From the NCBI RefSeq assembly GCF_009914755.1, contig NC_060927.1: 64,000 bases of DNA. One strand, given 5' to 3'. Shown piece after piece: positions 32,274-45,667 of this stretch (positions are counted from its first letter, which is position 1; each line of letters opens with the position of its first letter). This stretch comes from the human T2T-CHM13v2.0 reference genome, Homo sapiens. The notes under the pieces were generated by a model. It searched no databases and was not told the DNA's origin. It saw nothing but the letters and a program-made list of their open reading frames with translations. Position numbers and translations under genes: made by a program.

Positions 32274-35200
32274 ACATAGACCAATGGAACAGAATAGACA
32301 ACCCAGAAATAGAGTCACACTCTTACAACCAATTGATCTTTGACAAAGTCAACACAAATAAGCAATGGGGAAAGACTCCCTATTCAATAAATAGTGTGGC
32401 AAACACTGGCTATCCTATGCAGAAGCATGAAACTTGACGCCTACCTATCATCATATACAAAAATTTACTCAAGATGGATTAAAGACTTAAATTTAATACC
32501 TGAAACTATAAAAAATCCTAGAAGAAAATCTAGGAAACACCACTCTGGACATTAGTTTTCGGAAGGAATTTATAACTAAGTCCTCAAAAGCAATTGCAAC
32601 AAAAACAAAAATTGACAAGTGGGACTAAAGAGCTTCTGCACAGCAAAAGAGACAATCTATGAACAGAAACTATAAACAATCTATAGAATGGGAGAAAATA
32701 TTTACAAACTGTCCATCTGACAGATATCTAACATGGAGAATTTATAAGGAATTTAAACAAATCAACAAGCAAAAAGGAAATAATCCCATTAAAAAGTGAG
32801 CAAACTTAGAAGATAGGTAGTGATATATAAAATTTCTTTAAAAAAAAAAAAAAGGGAGCAGAGGACCTAAAGAGACACATATCAAAAGAAGACACAAGCA
32901 GCCAACAAATGCTGAAAAAAATGCTGAACATCACTAATCATCAGAGAAATGAAAATCAAAGCCACAATGAGATATCATCTCACACCAGTCAGAATGACTA
33001 TGATTAAAAAGTCAAAAAACAACAGATGCTGTTGACTTTGGAAAGAAAAGGTAATGCTTATACACTGTTGGTAGGAATGTAAATTAGTTCAGCCACTGCA
33101 AAAAGCAGTTTAAAAGATTCCTCAGAGAACTAAAAATAGAACACCGTAACCCAACAATCCCATTACTGTATATATATATACACTATATAATCCACACAGG
33201 TGGAGTGGATAAAGAAAATGTCGTACATATACACCATGGAATACTATGTAGCCATAAAAAAAGAATGAAATCATGTCATTCGCAGCAATGTGGGTGCAGC
33301 TGAAGGCCATGCCAAATACCATATGTCCTCACTTATAAGTAGGAACTAAACATTGGGGACACATGGACATAAACAAGGGAACAATAGACACTGGTTAATA
33401 CAAGAGCAGGGAGGGAGACAGCAGTGCAAGGGTTGAGAGGCTACTTATTGGGTACTATGCTTGCTATCTGGGTGATGGGTTCATTTATACATCAAACCTC
33501 AACATTATATTAAATACCCCTGTAACAAACCTTCACATGTACCCCTGGAACCTAAAATAAAAGTTGAAATTAGAAAAAAATTGAGAATTATATCAACCAC
33601 TAGGATAAATAATTTGGAGTTCTCCCAAAGCCCTACTCTCCAAAAAAATTGTCATGATTTGACCTGTTTTGCAGTTCCCTGGAAAACACCACTCAGTGTT
33701 TGTCTTTTTTGATCTATTTCAAAACTTACTGACTGCAGACACCTTTTCTTGGGGGGCATTTATAAAAACAGTCAATGGCATTGCAGTTGTCTGAAGTGCT
33801 AATAACAGTTGAGCAATCAAAAAGCTTACCAAAATCTGAAAAGAAAAAAATTGGTGAACAAGATGCCCATAGAAGTCTATGAAAAGCTACAAAATAACTG
33901 GGAATCTAGTAGGCCATTCTGCATATGTGTAGGACTGTCCATATCCCTGGGAAAGACCTGAGAAGTCCTAATCTCATACCTCTAGCTGACCTTGAGGCTT
34001 TGTGCAAAGAAGAGGTAAAAGCTGAAGCAGAATTATAAACTGGCTCCTTTATCCTTGAAGACATGCCCAAATGAGACAAAGTCCCTGGAAAATAATGGTA
34101 GATTTATTGGTTCCATGCATTTAAGAAAATCTCTGTCCAATCACTAGGTGACCACTAAGCTAACTGAGCAGAGATTTCAGAGGCTCCACATGATAAAGAG
34201 TATAGAATTAGTTTAGGAAGTCACTAAACAGACCAAAAGTATGAAAAATAAGCAACAACAACAACAAATAGTAATAAGGGGCAGATTCTAATTTTGAAAT
34301 CTGGCACATTGTATTATTTATGATATCCAGGTTTTATTAAAAAATATGAGACATGCAAGGAAACAAGAAAGTGCGATTGATATACAAAAACAACAACAAC
34401 AAAAACGCAATCAAAGAAAGTGTCACGGATGAGCTCAGCTACTGGGCTTATTACAAAGACTTTAAATTTGCTATTTTAAATATTCACAAAGAACTAAAAT
34501 AAAGCAAGCCATGTCTAAAGAGTCAGAAGAAAGTATGAGAATGATTCTCACCAAACAGATAATGTGAATAAGGAGATAGGAATTTTGTTTTTAAGAAAAT
34601 AATCAAATAAAAATTCTGGAGTTGAAAAGTATATTAATTGAAATAAAAATTCAATAATAGGGACTCATCAGGGAATTTTTTTTCTGCCATAAGGAACAAT
34701 AGCAAATTTGAACAGAGGTTAATTTTATTATCTAGTCTATTAAAAAAATAAATGAAGAAACATGAATAAGACCTGAAAGACTTCTGGGACAAAAATCTGG
34801 CAAACAAACGAACATAGGCATAATGGAATTCACAGAAGAGGGAAAGGGAAAGGAGTAGAAAACATATTTGAAGGAATAATATCTAAAAATGTTTCAAATT
34901 GATGAAAAAAATTAATCTACACAACTAGGAGCTCATTATTTCCTAGGAAGATAAACCCAAAAAGATCAATGGCCAACCACACAATAATTAATCTGTCCAA
35001 AGTCATAGATAAAGAAAATTTTGAAAGCAGCAAGAGAGAAGTGACCTTATTCTGCACATGGCATTCTCAGTAAGATTAACTGTTTATTTCTCTTCAGAAC
35101 CATGGAGGCCAGAAGACAGTGGTATGACATGGTCAAATGCATGATCAAAGAACTCTATATCTAGCAAAATTGCCTTTCAAAATTAATGGAAAAATTAAGG

Positions 35201-35519
35201 CATTCTCAGACACACAAAAAGACTTTACGGATAGAAGACCCTCCCTACAATAAATATAATAAGGGGACTCCTTCAGGCTGAAATGAAAAGACTTTAGATA
35301 GTTACTTGAATCCAAATGAAAAAGAAGATCACCAGTAAATGTAACTATATAGATAAGCATAAAGAACAGTATAAATTTATATTTATTTGAAATATTTTTT
35401 ATCCTGTTTATTTAGAAGATAACTTTATAAAGCAATAAATATAAAACTATGCTGATGAGATTACAGTGTATCAAATATAATTTGTATGACAAAATAGCAC
35501 AAGGAAGGTGGAATGGAAT

Positions 35520-36111
35520 TATTGATGGCTGTTGAGAAACCTCTGTTCTTGTCTCCTTGTTTGAAATAATTTAAACAAGAGTCACACAGCAAAGGAGATG
35601 CAGCATAGAACAGTTTAGTGCAAAGGTGAAATAATACTCTGAAAGACTGGTTGAGAATAGACAAAGAGATGATTTGAATTGGACTGCTTGTGAGGATGAG
35701 ACAGTGTTGACTGTTACTGGGGAAACTCCCTTTATGGGACTCTTATATGATTATTCATAAGTGGATTAGAAGAGGTTTTACTAATAAGCATGTTCTGGGT
35801 GGTCCTCTGGGTACACATGTGCAGTAGCTGTACATGCTTGTTCATACATCATATGTCTCATTAGCACCTTAAATCTCCACATAGGGTTCTGATTTTTACT
35901 ATTATAGTGAGTGAAGAGTCAGTCCGAGGACAGGTAAAATCAAAATATGCATGCTCTCTACAGGGGAAATTCCCTACTGTAGATAGTTGTGCTTGAATGA
36001 GTCAGTTTGACTATAAGGTGAATGCTGCAGTTTATTGTATTGATGGTGCAGTCACCATAGTTGCCACATAGCGAGGACATGTTTACTTCCTTGACTACTT
36101 ATCCTGCCTCA
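35520..36111 (-). mobile_element. ERV1 solo LTR (MER66-like, MER4 group)
   Basis: Reverse strand begins tgaggcaggataagtagtcaaggaagtaa; 4-bp gaat at 35516-35519 and 36112-36115 fits a TSD. Confidence 0.78.
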
Positions 36112-37691
36112 GAATGAAGCTGTATAGGAATAAAGATTTTATACCATTGAAGTCAACTTGGTACTAATCCAAACAAGAAGTATATAAATCGAGATGTTAA
36201 TTTTAATTTTCAGGGCAACCACTAACAAAATAACTCAAATATAGTGAAAGAAAAAATAAGGGTATTTAAATTATACATGAGAAAATATATCTAATTAACA
36301 CAAAAGAAAAAAGTGATAGAAAAATGGAGGGGAAAAAGATACAAGACATAGAGAAAATAAGTAGAAAAATGGAAGATATAAATCTTTTCAGTAATTATAT
36401 TAAATGTAACTGGATTAAACACTCCAATTCAAAGGCAGATTGGCAAAATGAAAAAAAAACTAGAAAGAACGAGCCACCTATGTGTTATCTATAAGATAAA
36501 TATTTTAGATTAGAGACACAAATAAGCTGAAGTTAAAAGATACATAAAGATATGTCATGCAAACAGTACCCCAGAAAAAGCTGGAGTAGTTATATTGCTA
36601 TCAGGCAAAATATTAAGTTTGTGACATAACTATGTATTACTTTATGACAAAAATATTACTATAAGCAAAGAAGGACATTTTATAATAATAAAAAGGTTAG
36701 TCTTTTAAGAAGAAATAACAAATTTAAATAACTGAGATTATGCAAAGTATGTATTCTAACCACAATAGAATAAAATTTTAAATCAATAACAAAAGAAAAT
36801 TTGGAAAATTACAATTAGTTTGAACTTAAACTATAAGCTTCTAAATAACCAATACATCAAAGGAAAAATCATAAAGAAAATACAAAGTACTTAAAGATGA
36901 ATAAAAATACAACCAAAACTTATGGGATACAGCTAAAGCAGTGCTTAAGAGGAAATTTATAGCTGTAAATGCCTGTATTTAAAAAATTAAAAGTCTTAAA
37001 TCAATAATCTAAATTTCCACCTTAAGAAACTACAAAAAAAAAAAGAGAAACTAAATCCAAAGTTAGCAGAAAGAATAAAATAACAAGAACTACAGTGGAA
37101 ATAAATAAAATACAGTACAAAAAAGAGAGGGAAGAAAAACAAAAGTTGATTGAAATAATCAAAAAAATTGACAAACTTTTAGCTAGACTGATTAAGAAAA
37201 AAAAGAGAGGACTTAAACTAACAAAATAAGGAATGAAAAAAATGTACATTATCACTGCCCTTACAGAAATAAATATTTTACAAAGGAATACCATGAACAC
37301 CTCTATGGCAACAAATTAGATAACCTCGATGGAATGAACGAATTCCTAGGAAGACACAAACTAATGAGGCATATACAAAAGAAATAAAAAATCCAAAGAG
37401 ATCTATAACAAGTAAAAAAAAAATTAAAAATTAACAAAGAAGAAATCCCACAAAGAAAAACACAGGACCAGATGGCATCACTGATTAATTCTACCAAATG
37501 ATTAAAGAATTATCATCAATCCTTCACACACTGTTCCACAAAGTAGAAGAGGAAGAACTAGTTCCCACATCATTCCATGAAGCTAGTATTCTCTGCCACC
37601 AAAATCAGATAAAGACATCACAAGAAAAAAAATAGAACATAGACCATATTCCTTATGAATTGAGATGTAAAAATCCTCAAAAATAAAATGA

Positions 37692-37805
37692 ACTTGAACT
37701 GCCCATGGGAGGCTTTCCTAAAATCTTGACCCACAATATCATGAACACAACATTTTTTATGCCATTATATTTAGGGCTATTGTAAAATAGCAGCAAATAA
37801 CTACA
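37692..37805 (+). mobile_element. MLT1 (MLT1H-like) LTR, 3' part
   Basis: aaatcttgacccacaatatcatga...ttttatgccattatatttaggg...tagcagcaaataact resembles an MLT1 3' terminus. Confidence 0.68.
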
Positions 37806-39534
37806 TGTGTATGTATGTGTGTATTATATATAACTATACTAAATTATTATGTATTATACATGTAACAATTATAGAAGATTGGACAAATCTAGTAACATCT
37901 AATTAATATTCAATTTATTACAAATCTAATAATAGCTAATTTGTTGTTTTTATTTAACAGTAATGGGAGTTGAGACCAAAAAATATGGGAGTTGTTGAAA
38001 GTCATTTAATCCCTACATGGTCAAGTCTGAATTTGAACCCAAATATCCTAGACAGTACTTCTCTGGAAGCTGGTATTAGGTAGATATTGAACCAATTCTT
38101 CATTTGTCTCAGATCTCAGAAAATGTAAAACTATTAGAAAAGGATATGAATATTGTACATAAAATAAGGGGAAGACATTTCTTTTTCTTCATTTTATAAT
38201 CTAGAAATAAAACCTACATAGGAAATTTATATGCATGTTTGTATGTTTGTGTTAATGTGTATGAACATATATTTTATTTTCAAGGAAGAAATTATTTTCT
38301 AAATAAGGACCAATCTCTAATCCTTAAAGTATCCATCAGAATGTGATTCAATAGGTTTTGCAAAATCCTAGTTCAGATGCAACTTAATCACTAGTCATTA
38401 TTTCGGTGTGGGCCATACTTAGAACTAAAGTGCTCAGAATTCTTAGTCAACAAGATAAGTCCTTGACAGATCGTAACGGACTTGTCTATTTTATTTTATT
38501 TTTTTAAAAACCCAGTGTTGAAAAGAGAAACTTGGTTAGAATTTCCATGATTTTTTATAATGGATAATTTGGAAGAAAAGGAAAGAAAAGGCTGTGAATA
38601 AGGAAGATTAAGTTATTCTTTTATGCATCCATCCATTCCTTCATTTACAAAATATTTATTGAACATCTATTATTTGTCAGGCATGCTGGAGACAGGCAGT
38701 AAACAAGACAGCCAAGTTCTCTATCCTTATTTTATTGCGGGAGAGAGAACCAATAAAAGATAATGAGGAGACAGGATGAAAGAAGGAAACTAGCCAAGTT
38801 ACTACTAAGTAGCACAACTGAGAGATATCTGTATTATCTGTCTGATCTTATGATGGCATCAGTAGAGATGGAAGGATGCGAATGAGTATGAGAAATGCTT
38901 GTAGGCTGAAAACAAGTAGTATAATTTGCGTATTATGTTTATTTGTGTTATTTCATATTGTTTTGTGTTTCATATCAGTGATGTTACTTAAAATATGCTT
39001 AACCACATATCTCTATTAAAGCCAAATATTATTTGCTCTTCATCATTGTATATTTTTTAAGTATTTTAGTGATAACACATTTTAATAAGTTTATTAAATC
39101 ATTTTCAAAGATCGTCTCAAATGTGAACTTAATGGAACTTACTTTGTAGATTATTAACTTTCCAAGTCACAGAAAACAAAATGGAGAGAAAAGAATCTCA
39201 GATTTTTTAAGTTGCTAGATACAGAGAACTTTGGTTCTGTCTTTCTGTCCTAAATACAAGTGGCTGAACATTTTTAAACTTAATGCCTAATAATGGAAAT
39301 GAAAGTGATACCACTGGCATTGGTGGTTGTTTGTATTTCTGCTAGGTGATAAGTCACTTGAATGAAACGACCAAATCAAGTTTGTGGTATGGACACAGAT
39401 AATAACACCCATGGTATCAAAGATGAGTACCTAAAAGAGATCGGAAAAATTACTGAGAGGCTGAATTTATATTTTTTAAATGATATGCATATAATAAATT
39501 AAAATGTCAATATTTTAAAATAGAGTCACAAATA

Positions 39535-40444
39535 TTTTATTTATTTATTTTTATTGTTATCATTTTTTTCCTCTGAAATCCTTGCCCTCTATTGGGCAAG
39601 GGGTGAGGGAAGCAGACAGACCGGTTGGACATAGTAGACAGGTATGTGAGGACAAAATGCTACTCAAAAGCTAGCCAACCCATACTCCCCTGAAATGGAC
39701 GCTAATGCCCTTCAAACTCTGGGCATTGGTTTCACACACATCGTCTTCCAGGGATAAAAGAAGGGGTTCTTGTAAAGCTTCTTGTTACCCTCAACCATGG
39801 AGGCAAGTTCCGAGTTCTGGTTTTCCTAGGACACTAACTCTAGTGTCCCTGTTGCATCAGTGCCTGTGTATGGCCTCCCAGCCCAACCAGAAATTGACAG
39901 AAAGGCATGTATTTGGTGAAAAGATATACATATATTTAGAATTAGCCAGCTGGACTCAGTTTAGATGATCCCAATTTTGTTTGCAACATCCAAAGCATCA
40001 TAATCAGGAGCCAGTTGAACATATGCCTTCTTCTCTCCATCAGGTCGAATCAGGGTGTTGACCTTGGCCACATCAATGTCATAGAGCTTCTTCACAGCCT
40101 GTTTGATCTGGTGCTTGTTGGCTTTAACATCCACAGTGAACACAAGTGTGTTGTTGTCTTCTATCTTCTTTATGGCCAACTCAGTGATCAGAGGAAACTT
40201 CATGATAGCATAGTGGTCAAACTTGTTTCTCCTGTGAGCGCTCTTCCAAGGATATTTGAACGGCCTCCAGAGTCCCAGTGTCTTGGGCCTCCAGAAGGTG
40301 AGTGACGTGTGGATCTTCTTTTTTTTTGTGGCTGTGGACACCTTTCAACACCGCTTTCTTGGCATTTAAAGCCTTCCCTTGGGCTTCAGCTTTAGGAGGG
40401 GCAGGAACTTCCTTCTTCGCTTTTGGCACCATCTTGTGAAAAAG
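39535..40444 (-). pseudogene. RPL23AP: processed pseudogene of ribosomal protein L23a (uL23) with long 3' UTR and decayed poly(A)
   Basis: Intronless. [17 protein letters not shown]...KGVHSHKKK (ATG at 40432) and, in another frame, [66 protein letters not shown] (stop at 39961). +1 frameshift in the T-run 40319-40327. 5' leader ctttttcacaagATG; T-rich tail 39535-39569. Pseudogene number unknown. Confidence 0.97.
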
Positions 40445-41671
40445 ATATTTGTTTATTTTAAATAATTAGTTTCTCTCTTTGCACCTCTTGAGATTATCAG
40501 AGAATGGAAATAAGATGAGATAAATTTAAATGATAAAACTAACATTTTAAAGTATATTTTGATTGTTGCATCCAGCTTGTAAGTATTGAAGAGCTGTAAG
40601 TTATCTAGTTCTACACAAAGCTCAGTGAATAAAAAGCATAAGGCAAAGCACAACTTTTCAATCTATCAGAAAAAAAAATATTCAAAATGCCATGTGCAAA
40701 GTGTATGCTCAATTAAAGGTGTTGAAACCATCAAGGCTCATGCAAGCTTTTTCTTAGCTTCTGTAATACCAAATAAGCCCTGCTATATGTCTTGATTTAC
40801 CATGAAAGTTAAGTGTCACATTTTAGGCAAATAAAAGTTATTAAAATTTGACAGCTGGCAAATTATGCTAACATCTGGTAACAAATCATTCTTGACAGTT
40901 CAATAGTACACTTCTTATTGCATAGCTATTAATATTATAAACAGCAAAATGCAAAAATCATAGCACCCAACTAACATATTCCCTGGAGTGATAGAAAGAA
41001 TGCACTGTTTATCTTAATGTGTAAGAAATGTCATCTTTTCACGTCTGAGGTTTGAAGTAGATTGGAACTGAATAACTATAAACATGGGTGGCACCATGCA
41101 GTGCCACAAGCTAAAGAGATATTTGAAAATTTCTGAATTTGGAGTGACATGATGATACATTTACAGTATGTGGGGGGAGTAGAAAAAGTAGTAAGAATAG
41201 ATTGTAACCAATAATAGTAACAATAAAATGACATTACATGCTTATTCATCACTCATCTGGTATAATATCACTTTCTTGGTTAAGTTGGCTAATAGTTATA
41301 TATAACAGAATTTCTAACTGGTGCTTTAACAAAATCAAGCTCTAGAATCTAGTAAGTGGTTAATTCCTATCTGGCTCAAATACCTGGCATTGGGATATGG
41401 ATGTTCCTTGCTGTCACCCAACTTCTTAAAGGAGGGAAAGGAATTTTACTTTCACCTTTTATTTTGATAGTGGTGGTTTCTACCCATAAGTCACTCTCAT
41501 TCACTTATAAGTGTTACAAAAAAAAGGAATATAATACATAAAAATATAATCTTAACCAAAACTTAAATTGTGTTTACAAAATAAAAGCTGAATTGGGATG
41601 TGGGCATCTGGATTGTGGCTCTGGCTTGGTGGTGTAAAAATTTCTGTCCCTCCATGAGTGCAATTTTTTCA

Positions 41672-42870
41672 AATTTTTTTTCTTTTTAACTTTTATTTTA
41701 AGATCAGGGGCACATGTGGAGTCTTCTTATATAGGTAAGCTCATCTCACAAGGGTTTATTGTACAGATGATTTTGTCACCCAGGTATTAAGCCTGCTATC
41801 CATTACTTAGTTTTCTTGATCCTTTCCCTCCTCCTGTGCTCTACCCTACAGTAGGCCCCAGGGTCTATTGTTCCACTCCACGTGTCCATGTGTTCTCATC
41901 ATTTAGCTCCCACTTATAAGTGAGAACATGCAGTTATTTGGTTTTCTGTTCCTCTGTTAGTTTGCTCAGGTTAATGGCCTCTAGCTCCATTCATGTTCCT
42001 GCAAAGGATATGATTTCATTCCCTTTATGGCTGTATAGTATTTCATGGTGTATATATGCCACCTTTTCTTTATTCAGTCCACCATTGATGGGGCGTATAG
42101 GTTGATTTCATGTCTTTGCTATTATGAATAGTGCTGCTGCAAACATATGCATGCATGTGTCTTTATGACAGAATGATTTCTATTCCTTGGGTATATACCC
42201 AATAAAGGGATTGCTGGGTCAAATGGTATTTCTGTTTTGGGGCCTTTGAGGAATTGCCACACTGTTTTCCAGATGGTTGAACTAATTTACACTCCCACCA
42301 ACAGTGTATAAGCCTTTATTTTTCTCCACAGCCTCACCAGCACCTGTTAGTTTTTTACTTTTTTATAATTGCCATTCTGATTGGTGTGAGATGGTATCTC
42401 ATTGTGGTTTTGATTTGCATTTCTCTAATGATCAGTGATGTAGAGCTTTGTTTTCGTATGTGTTTTGGCTGCATGTGTGTCTTCTTTTGAAAAGTGTCTG
42501 TTCATGTCCTTTGCCCACTTTTTAATAGGGTTATTTGTTTTTTTCTTGTAAATCTGTTTAAATTTCTTATGATGCTAGATTTCAGACCTTTATCAGATGC
42601 ATAGTTTGGAAATATTTTGTCCCATTCTGTAGGTTGTCTGTTTATTCTGTCAGTAGTTTATTTTACTGTGCAGAAGCTCTTTAGTTTAACTAGATCCCAT
42701 TTGTCAATGTTTGCTTTTGTTATGATTGCATTTGCTGCCTTCATCATGAAATCTTTGCCCATACCTATCTCCAGAATGTTTTTATTGCCTAGGTTGTCTT
42801 GCAGGGTTTTTATAGTTTTGGGTTCTACATTTAAGTGTTTAATCCATTTTGAGTTGATTTTTGTATATGA
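41672..42870 (-). mobile_element. 5'-truncated L1PA (PA10-13-like)
   Basis: Reverse 3' UTR and ORF2 end (catttagctcccacttataagtgagaacatg, gtgtgagatggtatctcattgtgg); TSD tgcaatttt at 41659-41667 and 42871-42879; appears to split a MIR. Confidence 0.93.
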
Positions 42871-44365
42871 TGCAATTTTCTTACTGTAAAATTAGAAGAT
42901 TTAAAGAATATAAATTCTATAGTCATTTCTAACTATGGAATGCATGTGCTCTTAACTTAGATCAAACTCCAATTGAATTTAGAAAATTTAGTCAACCAGG
43001 AACTAATTGATTAAACTTGCTGAATATTAAATGTAGAGAATTTTACTCACTCATACTTTTGTGTGTATCAATCACTAAGACCATATAATTAAGCAAAAGC
43101 AATGGTAGCTCTATTTTTTAATATACATTCAATTTTTAAAGAAAAATACAGTACCGAATACAATATGAATTAGCATATGCATTTTATACCTTGATGAGAG
43201 ACCCCAGGTATAAAATAACACTTCTAAAATGGTATCTTAAAAAACTGTTTTATATATAGATATATTTTAGGAAGCTCCTGTGTTTTGTTTCTTGGTTGGC
43301 TATAAGACTGCAGAGTTGAACATTCTAAAAATAATCAATGACTGAGAATTCATTTGCTTTACCACATTTATAGATAATTTATGGATGGTTTTTCACTTCT
43401 CTAACACTCAAGCCTCAATTCATTTTCAAATACATGAAGTGTCATTTTAAGTATACAGTGGGCTCTTAATGAAATTTTCTGTCTTAACTTTTAAATGTTT
43501 CAGAGATTTTTATTTTAAGCTTGGTAAAAAAAATCAGAGTAACCTTCATATGTTTTTTATATTCTATAAGCTGCAATTAAAGCACGTGATTTTTAAAAAA
43601 GAATTTAAATTTCAAACCATATTGCTTTATTACAGCAACAGAAACTTATGTCCTAAATCAAATGCCCTATAAAAATATTGTATTTTCACTTTTTGCAATT
43701 TTAACAAAAGCTGTCCATTTGAGTTAAAATGTCATTTTATTAGTAGTTTTTCATTATGTATACTTGTCATTATTTTTCCTTTTTCCCTTTTTTTTTTGGA
43801 AAATTTAAGATTTGCAGAAGAGAAATTACAGGAAACTATACTCTTTTGTTGTTGCAGTTGAATACTAGATTAATAGAATAGTGAATCCTCAAAGTTGACG
43901 ACTGCATACTTAAACATCTGACTGTAGGGTCGGTAAATTCAGTCTTATTTTACAATAAAGTTTATTTAGATTGACTGTTTATGCAGAATAGCATCCTACT
44001 TTCTCTAAGTTTTCTTCTTTGACTGAGGAGGTTACTAAATTAAGCTGCTCACTTGTGAGGAAGATCTGCTGGTTCAATTGCCAGACCAATGGGCAGACTG
44101 CTGAAGCAGAGAAACCTCATTGTTTTAAAGAGGTTAGCAAACCTAATGGAAACTTGGTTACTGCCATATTCTCACAGACTTGAGATTTTCTCTTGCTTCC
44201 TTCTGGTATCCACCTTTGCTTCCGGCCTGATACTTTTAGAGAATTTGGGAAAGAGAATCACCGAGGAGCAGGGGCTCCATTGCCACTACTATTTCAATAG
44301 TGCAGGTGGTGTGCTATAGAAACTTGGAGGACGGGTTATGTTATTAGCCCCCATTTTTATCCCTT

Positions 44366-45522
44366 TGTTATAGGATCTTGGAGGGGTCGCCTTTCCAGCC
44401 AGAAAGCTCTGTGGCCAGTGGTGCCTTTGCCCGAGTTTTGCTTGAGCCTACTGGGCTCATTCTGCCTACTCAGCCTGGCAGGCTGTGCTCAGCTCAGGCT
44501 ACCAGCCTGGATCCCACGCCTCCAAGGGAGACTGAGTCAGGCGTGGAGTGGCGAGAGATGTGTGAGCAAGCATCGGGTCTGGCCACACTGTGCAGTCAGA
44601 CACACCAGCTGCTGCCACAGGGTGGGCAGCTCTAGGTGCTGGCATGGGCGCCAGCTGGACCAGGCACATAGCAAGCAGTTTCTCCAGCTGGCACCAGGGA
44701 ATGTGGTGGTGCCTGGAAGCTTGGAGATGCCAGAAACCGCAGGGCTCCAAAGAGGTCGTCACAGTCCTGGCTTGGGGAGGTCCCAGGTCTGGGCTCCCCT
44801 AAGGGCTGCAGCTCTTCTCTCCTTCTCTTCCCCCTCAACATGGAGAGCAAGAGGCATGTTGCAGCCCTGTTTGTGTTACAGCAATTTTCGCCTCGCCATT
44901 CGGCAGGTCCTGAATTTTTGTCCTGCAACCAGGAAGGATGAGTTCTGCAGACAAGCGAAAGGTCAGCAAGATGAAGAGGAGCTTTATTGAGCTATAGAAC
45001 AACTCAGTCTCTCGCAGGTGGCAGCTCCTTTCCACAGCCAGGGTGTCCCCTCCAGTGTTCGGCCCCCAGCAGAGAGGGTGGCTGCCCTCTGCAGCCAGTC
45101 CTCCCAACGCCTGCAGCTCTTAGCACAGAGGAGCCCCTGGAGTGTGTAGCTCCATTCTGCAGCTGGTTGTCCCGACGTCTGCTCAGCTCCGGGTGAGCTG
45201 AGGCTTTTGCTGTGCAGAAGCTCTTTAGTTTAACTAGATCCCATTTGTCAATTTTTGTTTTTGTTACGATTGCTTTCGCTGTCTTCCTCCCCTTCCCGGG
45301 AGGAAGTGTGTGCCGACTGGTCCATGACCAGCCATGGGCGGGCCCAGAAAAGGCACAACAAGTTCCCATTCCAGTCCGGGTGACTGGCAGCCTGCACCCC
45401 AGCCTTCAGGCCCTCCATGGTCGGAAGCTGGAGCCTCGCTCAGGACCCACCTCCTTCCACCCAGGAATCCGTCTGCTTCCTGCTGCCTTTCATGGCACCG
45501 AGGCTGTAGGTGCCAAAGGGCG
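44366..45522 (-). mobile_element. MER52-like ERV1 LTR, truncated at its 5' end
   Basis: Plus strand starts tgttataggatc..gtcgcctttccagccagaaa.ctctgtggcc; GC-rich; reverse poly(A) signal gagctttattgag at ~44980-44992. Confidence 0.85.
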
Positions 45523-45667
45523 GCCAAGGGGCTCAGCTTTATGGGACAGGCTAGAGCAATGTAGTGAGGAACAGAGATGTAATCGTTGAGGGTTTAGCAA
45601 TTTTAAATAGGGCAATAGTGACAGATCTCAATGACAAGAGGGTGTCAGGGTGGAAAATCAGAAGTGA

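Noticed and set aside
39961-40432. RPL23A ORFs as a functional gene
   Set aside because: Intronless, frameshifted at the lysine run, with many substitutions and a decayed poly(A) tail.
44378-45589. Overlapping 85-190 aa ORFs
   Set aside because: Stop-poor frames of a GC-rich LTR.
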